In this document: positions 53,001-64,000 of the stretch, one piece after another
How positions within the stretch are numbered: position 1 is the first letter of the stretch
Layout of the letters: each line of letters begins with the position of its first letter
Origin: Lama glama
Taxonomy: Eukaryota
DNA: 64,000 bases
Assembly: GCA_028534125.1 (NCBI GenBank)
Contig: CM052816.1
Location: 56,856,001-56,920,000 of the forward strand
Direction: 5' to 3'
Translations under genes and position numbers: made by a program
The notes under the pieces: generated by a model
What the model saw: the letters and a program-made list of their open reading frames with translations, nothing else
Databases searched by the model: none
Told to the model about the DNA's origin: nothing

Positions 53001-56000
53001 ATAACAAAAACTATGTATGTATGTGTGTGCATGTATATATTCAAACATAAATTTTAAAAGGAGAAAAGGCTTAGATGAAATTTTAAAAAGACCTATGTAT
53101 ACTCATGAAGATATAGTACTTCCAAACCCGCTGGTACCACTGGGTGTTTCTGAAGCACGACACCATACCACGCAGAATCTTAAACTATTCCAAATTCCTT
53201 TAGACTACTGTTACCACTGAGTTGTCTGGGAATCTTTGACCAGGGATCCATTAAGATTGAACTGCATTGCCTTTGTTTCTTGGCTGCTGGAGGCTCTGTG
53301 AAAGCCAGAGTACTAACTTCCAACTAAGTTGGAAAGAGTACTAAGTTTTCAAACACATTGGGGGGACAGTAAGGACAATCACCAAAAGAAGAAAAATAAA
53401 ATAAAGCAACTGGATAAACAGAGACGTATTTTACCAGAAACTGACGCATTTTACCAGAAACTGACACCTTGTAAATTGACTATTCTTCAATAGAAAAAAA
53501 AGAATGTTAAAAAAAAAACCAGAGATATATTTCTTTATAAAACTTTTTTATATTCCTCTATCCCAAGTCTCAAAGCAGTATTAAAGTATATCAATAAAAT
53601 TATCAACTTCAGGAGGGAAAAAAAAGATTTCACTAACCTGTTACAAAGAGATCTGGATTCAGTTTGCTAGCACATCCACACCTCACATAATCAGAATGTT
53701 CTCTGAATGTCAGAATTTCCTTGGAGTTTGGAATATCCCATAATTTAACTGTATAATCATCAGCCCCAGAGACCACATGATATTTGTCAGCTGTAAAATC
53801 TACTGTATGTACTGCTCTGAAAGATCAAGGATCAGTATATTAAAAAGCAAGAAAAAAATATTTCTGGCACCTTCTAACATAAAACAGCCCTTTTCCCGCA
53901 ATTTCAAAAAAAAAGCAGCTCAATTTCAATGAGTAATTGCAGGGAGAAATCCTGAGAGAAAAAGAAAATCTTTAAAAAAGGTGTTTCTACCCAAGCCAAT
54001 GTAAAATTTTAAATACCCATGTACTATGAAGTTAATAAGAATATTAAACAATAGCCTTAAAATTATATTTTCTAGTATGTCAGCATTTCTACTTAGCTGC
54101 TTAATGGAAAATAAATGTCAGCACAAAGGTACTTTTCTGTAACTTAAAATATTTCAAAACAGCTTGTTCTTAAAAAATTCTAAGGAGACTTGCCACTAAG
54201 TAGTATCACGTTAAGTGAATTTGTTGTATTTTAAATGTTTTACTGATAGACTAAGACCATTCTGATAATACACTATAAAAACTCTTTTGAGATTTAAAAT
54301 CAATAGGAAATTTAAGCAATGACACTGGTAATCCTGAAACAAAGTTATAATGTAAAATTGCCCTGGCCATTTAATTTATAAGGGGCAAAACACTAAACCT
54401 AAGAAGAAAAAAAAATCCACCCTCTAACTTGATTTCAAAACAAAACCTTTAATATAGTTCAGGTCTTTGGCGTTCTCATTAATAGCTGTAAGGTGTTCTT
54501 TAGATCAGTGGTTTATAATCTCAACAGGGTCACATAACTCACTAAGAAGTTCATGAAAGGCTACAGGACATCTCCCTAGATAAATATATATTTTCGAAAA
54601 CGGCACATACAATTCTAGGGAATTCATGAGCCTCATCAAACTGAACCATTGAACTGAACCAAGTTAAGCACTTTGTCTCAAAACAACCAGGAAATAAAGT
54701 ACATAAAGGTACATAATCTTCATAGAACTGCTCTCTATTTTTCCCCCAAAGCCTGGAAAACCAACAGCTTACAATACAACAAAACACATAAAAATCAGCT
54801 ACCTGTAACTGTATGGCAACAGATGTTAACTAAATTACTGTCGTGATCGTTTGGCAATATATACAAATACGGAATCATGTTGTACACCTGAAGCTAATAT
54901 AATGTTGTATGTTAATTATACCTCAAAAAAAATTTTTTTTAAACAACAATGGTCTCTTACTTAGTATGGCCTTCAAACTGCCTGAGGGGAGCCCTCCCAC
55001 TTATATCAAAAAGCTGAACGCCACCATCTTCACTGCCCGCCACAAGCAGTCTACCATCCTGTCGAAAAGTAGCACAGTACGCCGTGTCTTTAAACCGTGA
55101 AAAGGTTTTTATAGGTTCTTGGGAGTATCGGCCATAAATGTGAATCTACAACAAGATAAAAAACATAGTATTTTACCGGATGGCTCAAGATCAGGAGTAA
55201 ACATAAACTACACAAAAGAAAAATAAGTATTATATTTACCCTTGAAGAAGCTGTGACAGCATAATTATATGGAGGCTGTGGAGAAAAGTCTACTTTTGAC
55301 ACTGCACCAAACTCCTTGATCTGAACAGGGGTCTTAATGAAAAATAATACAGAGTATTAACAGAGTTAGAACTGGTAACTATTTAAGCAGCATGTAATTT
55401 CTTACTGACAATTTCTTTTCGTTCTTAGTAACATATACTTAGTTGTATTTAATACAGAAGTATGAAAAAAGAGAAAAAGACCCAAATCCCATCACCCGAA
55501 CTATCTCTGTGGCCATGAAAGTAAATAAATATATAGTTGGAAAGCCACACCCCGTTTTTTCCCTTCAGCTGTGAAGTTTTCTGTGATTTTTATTGGGAAA
55601 AAGCTAATGCCTAAACCAGCATACATTCAACCATGTATTTTTAAACTGACACAAAGATCGATCATATCATGCAGACCATTCTGCACCTTGCTTGTTTTTC
55701 ACTAACCTACACATCTTAGGTAACTTTTCTTGAGTAATAGCTTTACCATCCATGATAAGATACATCATCATTTACCAGTCCACTGCTAACAAATAGGTTT
55801 TTCCAAGATTTCTAATATTACAAATAATACTTCAATGAACATCTTTACACAAAAAGATAACATACTTTATACACAAATTTTCGTTAAGTTCCAAACTGTG
55901 GAACTTACAAGTAGGCCAAAAAGTATTTCTATCATAATAGATAATGCCAGAATTGCCCTCCATAAAGTTTACACCAATTTCCCTTCCTCTAGTAGCAATG

Positions 56001-56709
56001 ATGATGAAAACTTTTCATTTGTGCCAATACAACAGATGAAAAATAGCATCCAAATTATTATCGAATGATAATTTTATTATTCAATAAATTATTATTCAAT
56101 AAATTATCCAATAATTATCCAATTATTGTTTTAATTTGCATTTATTCAATTATGAGTGAGGCTGAAGCTCTTTTAATATATTCACTGGCCACTTAAATTT
56201 CTTTTTCTATAAACCTCCCAATCCCAGTCTTTCCCCGTTTTTCTATTTAGTTGTTCATCTTTTTAAAACAATCATTTGTTAGCTTTTACAGATAGTCTAG
56301 AAGAATTAATTCTGCATCTCTTCCTTCTTAGATTAAGAAAGCCAAAAAAAAAAGCTTCATATTAGATTCAAATCCTAAAATTTGTCATTTGGCATGGATT
56401 AATCATCTATTCTGTGCAAGGTACTTGTATGATAAAGCTGATTAAGGAATGCAGACTTTTATATAACTCTAAGGAAAAAAATAACATATATCATACCCAA
56501 ACTATAAGCCACTGATAGATTATCTGTAGTTATTAGCTCTCTATTACAGTATCCAAAGTATGCTGCAGTAATCAGCACAAATGCAAAACACCCCCACCCC
56601 CAATTATGTCTATACTTACCTTATAGTTATTCCAGTACAGTGTATCTTGGGTGATTTTTTCACCAAGTATAGGATATGTCTGGATCGATACAGGCTTATA
56701 ACCAGCCAT
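46862..56709 (-). CDS. UTP15: UTP15 small subunit processome component (WD40 protein), complete spliced CDS: join of 56620-56709, 55240-55332, 54961-55145, 53638-53816, 52836-52961, 51109-51244, 49863-49947, 48862-49011, 48272-48373, 47806-47939, 47573-47631, 46862-47079
   Basis: All 12 exons have GT-AG boundaries and compatible phases, and sum to 1557 nt = 518 aa + stop. The translation [30 protein letters not shown]...ENKKMKS matches mammalian UTP15 as I remember it. Confidence 0.97.
47573..47631 (-). CDS. UTP15: UTP15 coding exon 11
   Basis: [19 protein letters not shown]; acceptor ttgtag; donor G|GTAAGT. Confidence 0.95.
47806..47939 (-). CDS. UTP15: UTP15 coding exon 10
   Basis: [45 protein letters not shown]; acceptor ttctag; donor AG|GTATGT. 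Confidence 0.95.
48112..48258 (+). mobile_element. Old L1 (L1MC-like) 3' end
   Basis: caacaaatgtactcctctagtgggggatgttggtaatggggga...aattctgctgtgaacctaaaactctaaaaaaa. Confidence 0.75.
48272..48373 (-). CDS. UTP15: UTP15 coding exon 9
   Basis: [34 protein letters not shown]; acceptor tacag; donor GAG|GTGAGT. Confidence 0.95.
48862..49011 (-). CDS. UTP15: UTP15 coding exon 8
   Basis: [50 protein letters not shown]; acceptor gttag; donor CAG|GTATTT. Confidence 0.95.
49863..49947 (-). CDS. UTP15: UTP15 coding exon 7
   Basis: [28 protein letters not shown]; acceptor cattag; donor GCA|GTAAGT. Confidence 0.95.
50213..50350 (+). mobile_element. L1 3' end in a UTP15 intron
   Basis: 3' UTR plus poly(A); 16-bp TSD AAAACTTCAGAGTAAA (50197-50212) / AAAACTTGAGAGTAAA (50351-50366). 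Confidence 0.88.
51109..51244 (-). CDS. UTP15: UTP15 coding exon 6
   Basis: [46 protein letters not shown], also in the ORF track; acceptor tatag; donor AG|GTTAGC. Confidence 0.96.
52836..52961 (-). CDS. UTP15: UTP15 coding exon 5
   Basis: [14 protein letters not shown]...[21 protein letters not shown]; acceptor ttttag; donor G|GTATCT. Confidence 0.95.
53432..53516 (+). mobile_element. Very short L1 3' end in a UTP15 intron
   Basis: accagaaactgacaccttgtaaattgactattcttcaatag plus A tail; degenerate TSD aaacagagacgtattt / aaccagagatatattt. Confidence 0.75.
53638..53816 (-). CDS. UTP15: UTP15 coding exon 4
   Basis: [59 protein letters not shown] (WD40); acceptor tttcag; donor G|GTTAGT. Confidence 0.95.
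54804..54932 (+). mobile_element. L1 (L1MA-like) 3' end
   Basis: gatgttaactaaattactgtcgtgatcgtttggcaatatatacaaat...tgtacacctgaagctaatataatgttgtatgttaattatacctcaaaaaaaa. Confidence 0.8.
54961..55145 (-). CDS. UTP15: UTP15 coding exon 3
   Basis: [34 protein letters not shown]...FEGHTK; acceptor ttgtag; donor AA|GTAAGA. Confidence 0.95.
55240..55332 (-). CDS. UTP15: UTP15 coding exon 2
   Basis: [31 protein letters not shown]; acceptor tttttcattaag; donor AGG|GTAAAT. Confidence 0.95.
56620..56709 (-). CDS. UTP15: UTP15 coding exon 1 (transcript exon 2; UTR part extends to the acceptor at 56792)
   Basis: ATG at 56709; [30 protein letters not shown]; donor AAG|GTAAGT; upstream acceptor ttctttttcag. 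Confidence 0.96.
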
Positions 56710-58548
56710 ACTTTAATATAACTGGACTGTTATCCAAGGATAAGTAGTTTGAAATCAGTGTTAGAAATAATTAAAGTGACTCTGCCTTACGTCTGAAAAA
56801 GAAAACATTTTATAGACACATATTATTCATATAGCTAGATATAGTTATGATTTTCACTCTGTGTCTTTTCAAAAGGCTGTGTGGTAGCTTATAGATTAGT
56901 GATCAGTAACCATTAAATTTTAATACAAAAGAGGCAATCCAAAGGAAGAAGGAATCCAGATAGGGCTACCAGAGTGTACCACCTACTCAGCTATACACAG
57001 AGGCTGTACACAAATGTTCCCACACCTAATTGACCAATTTACAACACTTAGGAATAAATCTGGCTCAGCCATCCAGTAGGCAAAACAGAGAAAAGCACCC
57101 TGGCTCAGAATGTTCATTTACTGACAATAGAAAACATTAAGGTGAAACTGCAAATACAAATGTTTCATGAAACTAAATTTAGGATGACATTTAATCCATA
57201 AGAACATAGTCTAGGCACTTGACTTCCTGAAAGTCTAAAACTGCAAGAAAAGAAAACAAAGCTAATATTTTAATGTAGAAGACTAAAATTAAATTTAAAA
57301 GCTCAAAATTAAATTAAAAGCTAATATTCTGATGTAGAATCTTAAAAATCAAGTTAGTTAAGTTTAAAAGGTTTAAACAGTAAGAAAGAAAACAAGAGTA
57401 AAGCAATTCTGAAGTTAAATTCTAAATTAAAGTGACAGAATAAAAGACTAATTAAAACTTTCAGCTGACATGATTTAAGCCAAAATGTCTTTCCAGAACC
57501 ATTCAATTGCAAGAGATTCAATTATACGAGGAGAATGAGTCCAGCGGTGCCACCCATCTATTTCCAAAAGCCTGAAAACAATGTATCAGTAGCAGCAAAA
57601 TAACTAGGTGCAACATATTTTAAAAGCTGTTTTGATGAAACATGGTAATCAATGATTTAAAAGGAGGAAACTTCTGTTCATTGAAGTATCTACAACATGT
57701 AGGACATACTGTTTTAGGCACACTGTTTTAGGTGCAATGGTGAGTCAAACAGACATGGTCAATGCCTTCATATACACCCATATTCTTCACTTCAGCTAGT
57801 AATTGGCATCAATTAGGAACCTGGGATCTGCCTCGATGTGTCCTTCCTTCTCACTTCCAACATCCAAATAGTTACCAAACCAAGAGCTGTTGATTTTTAC
57901 CTCTCAAATCGTCCTAAAATCTCATAATGTCCAACCCACCTAGTTCAGATCTTCCCACTCACTGAGAAAGTGCAATATAAGGTCTCCCTCATCTATCTTC
58001 CAAATAGTCATCAGAATTACCTAACCACCATGCAAATCTAGCTTTTGCTGCAAAGCCCAACATTGCCCAGAAAAGAAGGTGCAAGCTTTTTCACATGGCA
58101 TGTAAGGCCCTCTGTGATTTTGCCCTCGCTTACCTTTGCAGCTTCACCTCTTGTTATTTCCTTAACACATCATGCTCTTTCTTGTCTCAAAGTCTTTATT
58201 CATTAGTCCTCTCTGGCAGGAATGACCTCTTTCTCCCACTTCCTATTTATCATTTAAAGTTCAACTCAAGGATCACATCCTGCAGGAAACCTCTGACCTC
58301 CTAAGCTGGGTCATGGGCTTGTCTTCTATGATCCTACTTGACTGCGTATTTCTGTCAATGCACATAATCACATTGCACTGTAATGATCCCTTTTTCCTAT
58401 TAAATTGATAATTTCATGTCTCGAAGATTAAAAGCAGGTGCTCAAAGAATGTTTATGGAAGGAAGGAAAGGAAGCATTGTGCTAGGTTATATGAGAAACA
58501 AAATTAAAATCACAAGTGGTATCTATCATATGAACACTGTGATGAAGC

Positions 58549-58880
58549 ACAAGTCCACAAACTTTTTTCATAAAAGGCCAAATAATAAATATTTCAGGTT
58601 TTGCAGTCCAATAGGCAAACTGGAGGATTTTATGTAATTACGTAGCAAGAAAGAAAAAAATTCCCGATTTTTTACTAATGAACCCCCCCAATAATTATGA
58701 GTACAATTTTTTATTTATGAATGAAAGGAATGGGATTCTTTGAGGGGGCAACATTTCACTTACTTCGATTCAAAGTTAGTGTTTCCTATCATCAAATAGA
58801 TTGCAAATGTTCATCTATAAAAATCATTCTTGACTCACTGACTACCCAAAAACAGATACTGGGCCGGACCTAGCCCCTTA
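58549..58880. mobile_element. MER58B-like hAT MITE
   Basis: caaacttttttcataaaaggccaaataataaatatttcaggttttgcag...aaaacagatactgggccggacctagccc. Confidence 0.7.
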
Positions 58881-58888
58881 CTAGAGTA

Positions 58889-59143
58889 CAGTTGACCCTT
58901 GAACAACACAGGCTTGAATAGTGCAGGTCCACCTACAGGTAGATTTCCTTCGATATTAAATACAGTGCTACAGGATTCTCAGATGGTTGAACTCACAAGC
59001 GGAACTCAGGATTTGGAGGAACTTGAATAAGGAGAAACTGCACATATAGAGGGCCCACTGTAAGTTATACTCGGATTTTCCACTCTTGAGAAGGTCGGGA
59101 GCCCTAAACTCTTCCCTTCTCCTGCAATGTTCAAGGGTAACTG
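58889..59143. mobile_element. Tigger2-derived MITE (MER8-like)
   Basis: TIRs CAGTTGACCCTTGAACA / TGTTCAAGGGT-AACTG flanked by TA TSDs. Confidence 0.88.
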
Positions 59144-59871
59144 TATAGGCAAAGGAGTGCATAACTCTGCCTTGAAAGAAATTGTTTAAAACTTTAAAAG
59201 GAAAAAGTTAGGAGTAGTAGCAGTGGTTTGCCAGATTAAAGTGAAAAACTGCATCAGAGGCAGGGGAAGGGAAGCAAGACACGGTGCAAAGGCACGAAGG
59301 CAAGAAGTGTCGTGAAAATGAACAGAAAGAAAATGATTAGGGAGAGGTTAAGAGTCTGAAAGACTGGCGACTAAATGAAAAATAGGCACTACTACAATAC
59401 AATGCAGAACACCAAATGTATGCTGTAAGTAACGTACAGAGAACTGAGCTCTCTTAAGAGATTTTTAACTCTAACCGGGAAAGTCCTAGAAAAATTCTGA
59501 GTGTGCATTTCAGCTGGGCTTTCGAGTATAATATTAAGACGAGTTCAACACTTAAGGTGGGCGCAAAGGCGACGGGGAGGGGGCGGGCACTGTACACTGA
59601 GGGAACATGATAAGCAAAGACAGAGATGGAAATCTGACCACTGCCCTTAAGGGGTGTGATTACTCCGGGGACTAAAACCGGTGGACCGTAGAAGCGGATA
59701 TGATCGTAGAGGAGGAAAATCTAGGTTGAGCTGAACTGCGGGGATCCTGAGAGGCTGGTCACGGAGTTTAGCCATTCCGCGGAGACTGCGAAGCCCCAGA
59801 GGAGCATGCTAGGTATCAACGAAGGCCCGGCGTGAGTCTCGGCTACCCCCACTGGAAGCCCCTTCACCTAC

Positions 59872-60050
59872 CTCCGGTGAACCCCGAAGGTCCGCCGAGA
59901 CACTCCGGCCTCAAGATAAGTCCTCGGACTCCACCAGCCCCTTCCTGGGACTGTACGAACACCGCGGAAAATCACGCGGACCCCCCAGGAGGCTCCGAAA
60001 CACACTACGAAGAGAACCGCCAGGCCTGTCGCGCGAAGGTGACGTAACGG
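59872..60050 (-). other. UTP15: UTP15 non-coding exon 1 (5' end approximate)
   Basis: Donor GAG|GTAGGT at 59872/59871 inside the CpG island; no ATG in the exon; TSS inferred from the nearby CRE and GC-box cluster. Confidence 0.7.
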
Positions 60051-60314
60051 CGCAGGCTCAAGAGACACACGCAGCCGGGTGACGCAGGGGCGGGTCCGGT
60101 GGGCGGGGCTATGGAGAAGAGGAGGCGTGGCCGAAGGGCAAGACTAAGGCCGGTTCTAGTGCCCAGAGCTGTAACTGAAACGACTTTGTCTCTGTAGTAC
60201 TCAGGCGGTAAGGACCGCGCAGCGCAGCGGCGGGAAAAACCCTGGAAGTCCTCTCGGCTGCGATGATGCAGAACGTTTTATGTCCGGAAAGCGAAGGAAG
60301 AAATCGGAAGTGAC

Positions 60315-60620
60315 GTCGCGGTCAAAACAAGCCGGGGCTTGAGGGCCTGCAGTGAATCTGTGGCCACAGATGGAAAGGCCCGACTCGCTGTGGGCTGTCG
60401 ACGGTGGTCGTCAGGCCCTGCGCTCCCACCCGGTCGGCCTCCGGCGCCTGTCCCCGGGACCAGCCTGCCGCCTTTGAGCGAGTTTCCTCCCGCCGTACCT
60501 GAGCCGCGCCGGGACTTTTCGGGCAGAGCTGGCGGCTGGCGACAGAGCGGACTTCCGTACAACCAACCATCTCTCCTCCAGCGGGTTCTTGTCCTGGGAC
60601 GCCGGGACACCTGTCGCCTG
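60315..60620 (+). other. ANKRA2: Probable ANKRA2 non-coding exon 1 (both boundaries uncertain)
   Basis: GC-rich segment downstream of the ETS-CRE motif; candidate donors CCT|GTGAGG (60619/60620) or TTC|GTAAGG (60740/60741). Confidence 0.45.
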
Positions 60621-63081
60621 TGAGGCATCATTCATTTTCATAGCACCTTGTAGGACAATTCCAGGATTAGGAAGAACCAGGGGAAGGGGGTCCTGATATT
60701 AGCACCCACTGTGGACTAATTCAGATGCCCACTTCATTTCGTAAGGGTCTCCCTCCCTTTCTACCTGGACTCTTGACACATCGAGGTGATCCTAGCTATC
60801 CTTGGCCTTATCTCTGTTTCTCAACACTCCCTCTTCTAGATCATCTTTTTCCCCTTTCTTCTCTTAACGCTCCAGAATTATGGCTTAACCAGTTTTGCTT
60901 CTCCTCTCTGTAGCAGTGCCGAGATTACTCCCTCCTCCCCCAAATGCATTTGCTTTTCCTCCCTCTAAAACCAGTAACTCCGTCTATAAACCCTGATTTG
61001 TAACATGGAAGATGCTTAGACTTGGAAATAATATTAGAAATGTCTGTTTCAACCATCTTCATCTTATAGGTAAATTTAAAAAGTCTCAGGAAATGTATAT
61101 GATTTGCTCAGTTAGTTGGTAGTGATGTTGGGTATGGAAAGCCAGGTCTAATTAGCAGATTGCTGAGCATCTTGTAGGGTCATTTCAGGATAGAAAATAA
61201 TACGAAACTTTGTTAAGGTTCAGATCAGAAGACATTTATGGAGCACCTGATAGAACCAAGCAGTGTTTTGTGTGCAAAGATTAGTAAGAGTGGTTTCCCA
61301 TCCTAGAGGAGTTTTCAATGTATTGAAAGTTTAATTGGAAAATTTCAAGAGAATGATAAATGCTAAAATAAAGATATATGCAGGGTGCTGAGAGAGCTCA
61401 GAGGAGTTGCATTTCACCCACCTCTGGGTAGAAGTCTGTGGGAGATGGCTCTTACCTTAGGAAACCCAGTTCGTATCTTGCAGTATCCTTTTAAAGACCT
61501 CTGTATTGCACCTTCATCTCCATTTGAATCACAACTCATTTTCTGTTCTGATTTCCTTCTAGCCTTTTGCTAAAGTGTATTGCTTTTGTTACCTGCTAAC
61601 TTTATTATTATTGTTGTTGTTGTTGTTATTTGTTATTTGTTGTTCAACTCTTTCTCCCTTGGAAGTTTTGAATTAGTTTAGTGCTGCTTATTTTAATGAA
61701 CAGGGTGATAGAGTCATGAGCTCCCTTTTTTCTTCTCTCTGTGGTGGACATAATGATTATCTGCCCTGACTACTCAAAAGACTGTTATAAGAATTAATCT
61801 TGGAAAGTGTTTAAAAACTAAACAGTGGTTATCTGTAAACGTATGATTTGCCAACCTTTGCTCCATTGTAACCCTAATGCATTTTTCTCTTGTAGTTCCA
61901 ATAAATTCCAATTTTAAAACACCCTGCACCCTCAGAATTCTAAGAGGCAATAAACCCTAACATGAAAAAATTAACTGGATGTTATTAATTTTCTTCCTGT
62001 CTCAGTGACTATACATCGTGGAGTTCTTCCTTTTTTTAGAAATTTTAAGTATAATAATGAAATTTCTCTTGAAATTACATTAAGATCCATAGGAAAGTGC
62101 CTGTGATTACCTTACTGAAAACTCATTTTAAAACAATAGTAAGTGTTTGAATAACAGATGTACTTAAAATCTATGCTTTGAGAGTTTGCATTTATTGAGT
62201 TCATGTCTTGACAATCTATATTTGGGGAAAAATCAGTAATTCTTATTTCTTAACACTTGTTACAAAGATCAGGATCCAAAAATTATACGTTGACCTTAAG
62301 TCCTAGTGATACTGAAGCAAAGGAAGTCAGTCCATAGTCTATACACTTTATTTTTCATAAAAACCTGTATTAAGTTGCTACCACTTGATATGAACAAAAA
62401 CTGATTGATAAATGTATCTTAACCAAAGCTATGTAAAGCCTTTCGGTATCCAGGAATCACATGGGTGTTGCTGATGGACTTGGGTACTACATGAGTTCTG
62501 TCTTTTCTTAAATTCATACCGAGAGCCACTTATAAACAGCATGTTTATAAATGAACCTCAGGTAAGAGGTTAAAGTTTTTACGTGAAAGTTTATTTTTGT
62601 TGTTAGCCTGATTTTTTAAAAAATCCATTTGGCAATATTCAGGAATAGGAAAGAGGAGAAAAGTGGGTAACTAAAACTTGCTGGAACCTAGTAATGGAGG
62701 TGAGGATGTGACTGTATTTCATTTGGTCTTTGCCAGGATCCTGTGAGGTGTATCCCCATTTTACCAGCGAGACTGAGGCTCAGAGACATCATAACTTGTA
62801 CAGATTCACACAGGTAATAAATGGCGAAGCTTGGATTCATACCCAGGTTTCCCTACCTCTCAACATTGCTTTCTGTTATATATAGGTGCTTATAAGAGCA
62901 CTATTTGCATACTTGATTGAAAATGACTATTTTATGTACATTAAGTTGATATAACACTTTTAATCTTTTTCTTTCAGACTTTTTAATACCCAAATTCCAA
63001 GAATACACTGTGTACTGCTCTTTTAAAACCCAGAGGAAATCATGAAGAAATGTTTTAATTGTTGAAACTACAGTTGAAATC

Positions 63082-63370
63082 ATGGCTACATCAGCAAATC
63101 TGGATATTGGAGCCCAGCTGATAGTGGAAGAGTGTCCCAGCAGCTACAGTCTAACTGGCATGCCTGACATTAAAATAGAACATCAGCTGGACTCAAATGC
63201 AGAAGAAGGACCAGCTCAGGGTGTTGCCATGGGAATGAAGTTCATACTGCCTAACCGATTTGATATGAATGTTTGTTCTCGGTTTGTGAAGTCCTTAAAT
63301 GAAGAGGACAGTAAAAATATTCAAGATCAGGTTAACTCTGACCTGGAGGTGGCATCTGTTCTATTTAAAG
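63082..63370 (+). CDS. ANKRA2: ANKRA2 (ankyrin repeat family A member 2) first coding exon; exon starts at 62978 and the gene continues beyond the window
   Basis: MATSANLDIGAQLIVEECPSSYSLTGMPDIKIEHQLD...VASVLFK is the ANKRA2 N-terminus; strong Kozak ATCATGG; acceptor cttttctttcag at 62977; donor AAG|GTTGAA (phase 1); known head-to-head arrangement with UTP15. Confidence 0.95.
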
Positions 63371-64000
63371 GTTGAAAGTTATGGTATAAATATCTGCATT
63401 TGTTTTGTTTCTGTTTATTTGGGGTTTTTTTTTCCCCTTTCGGATCATGAGATTTTGAGTTTGGGGAAGAGAGTTTGGAAGTCATCTTATAATATGATTT
63501 TCTAGAATCTCACAGAAACCAAAATGAAATAATTTCGTGTTATGTAATGTCCATAAGTACATTTTTTAAAAAATTTCTTTCTTGACCTTTGTTTGTTTAC
63601 AGATTCTCTAATAAAGTTCCCTATTGTACCTTTTAAAATTATAGGGAAAAAATTATTTGTGCCTTTTAGAAACAAATATTTTTAATATTCTCTATACCAC
63701 AAATACGTAATTGGCATTAGTTTCTTATGCTTTAACGCAGTGAAGTTTGTCATCATATTGTAGATTTACTTTTATAACAATCTATTGAATAACAAAACTA
63801 ATCTCTGGATAAAATTGCTCAAGATTAATACAGATTTTTTTCTGGAACTTTCACTAGTACAGACTTTTTATGCCAAAAAATAATATCACAGGAGAATCAG
63901 TTGAAGATATTATACATCATGTATTTCTTTTTTAATGTAAACATTGGCCTAGAACTTTGAAATGCTTTGTTGTTAAAATATTGTTTTAATGTGTTTAAAT

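Larger units (their letters stand above)
59550..60625. promoter_or_regulatory. CpG-island bidirectional promoter shared by UTP15 (-) and ANKRA2 (+)
   Basis: High CpG density; CRE-like TGACGTAA at 60040 and TGACGCA at 60080; GC boxes at 60087-60108; ETS-CRE composite CGGAAGTGACGT at 60305-60316; divergent genes on either side. Confidence 0.9.

Noticed and set aside
47080..59871. Intronic snoRNAs in UTP15, plausible for a ribosome-biogenesis gene
   Set aside because: No convincing C/D or H/ACA box arrangement with terminal stems was seen by eye; an Infernal/Rfam scan would be decisive.
1..64000. CRISPR array or another prokaryote-type or novel multi-gene system
   Set aside because: No regularly spaced repeat-spacer structure or operon-like ORF cluster; the recurring ~150-450 bp sequences are dispersed L1 3' ends.

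Overview
Mammalian genomic DNA, very probably from a camelid, judged by Vic-1-like tRNA-derived SINEs and many matching L1 3' ends. It contains the complete UTP15 gene on the minus strand: non-coding exon 1 near 59.9-60.05 kb and 12 coding exons between 46862 and 56709, which I reconstructed to 1557 nt (518 aa plus stop). UTP15 lies head-to-head with the 5' end of ANKRA2 on the plus strand (first coding exon 63082-63370) across a shared CpG-island promoter. A second CpG island at about 24.8-25.9 kb has strong minus-strand splice donors and is, by synteny, the promoter and non-coding first exon(s) of ARHGEF28, so positions 1 to about 25 kb are probably its intron 1. The rest is repeat-rich: L1, L2, CR1/L3, MIR, LTR and MER elements, plus a 500-N gap. 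The most notable extras are a 5'-truncated RACK1 processed pseudogene downstream of UTP15, a three-level CR1>L1>L1 nest with both TSD pairs visible, a 5'-inverted L1 with a large junction deletion, an unexplained ~62-bp inverted repeat, and two uORFs before the ANKRA2 start codon. I found no evidence for a new biological system. Repeat family names and gene identities come from recognition, not from a database search.
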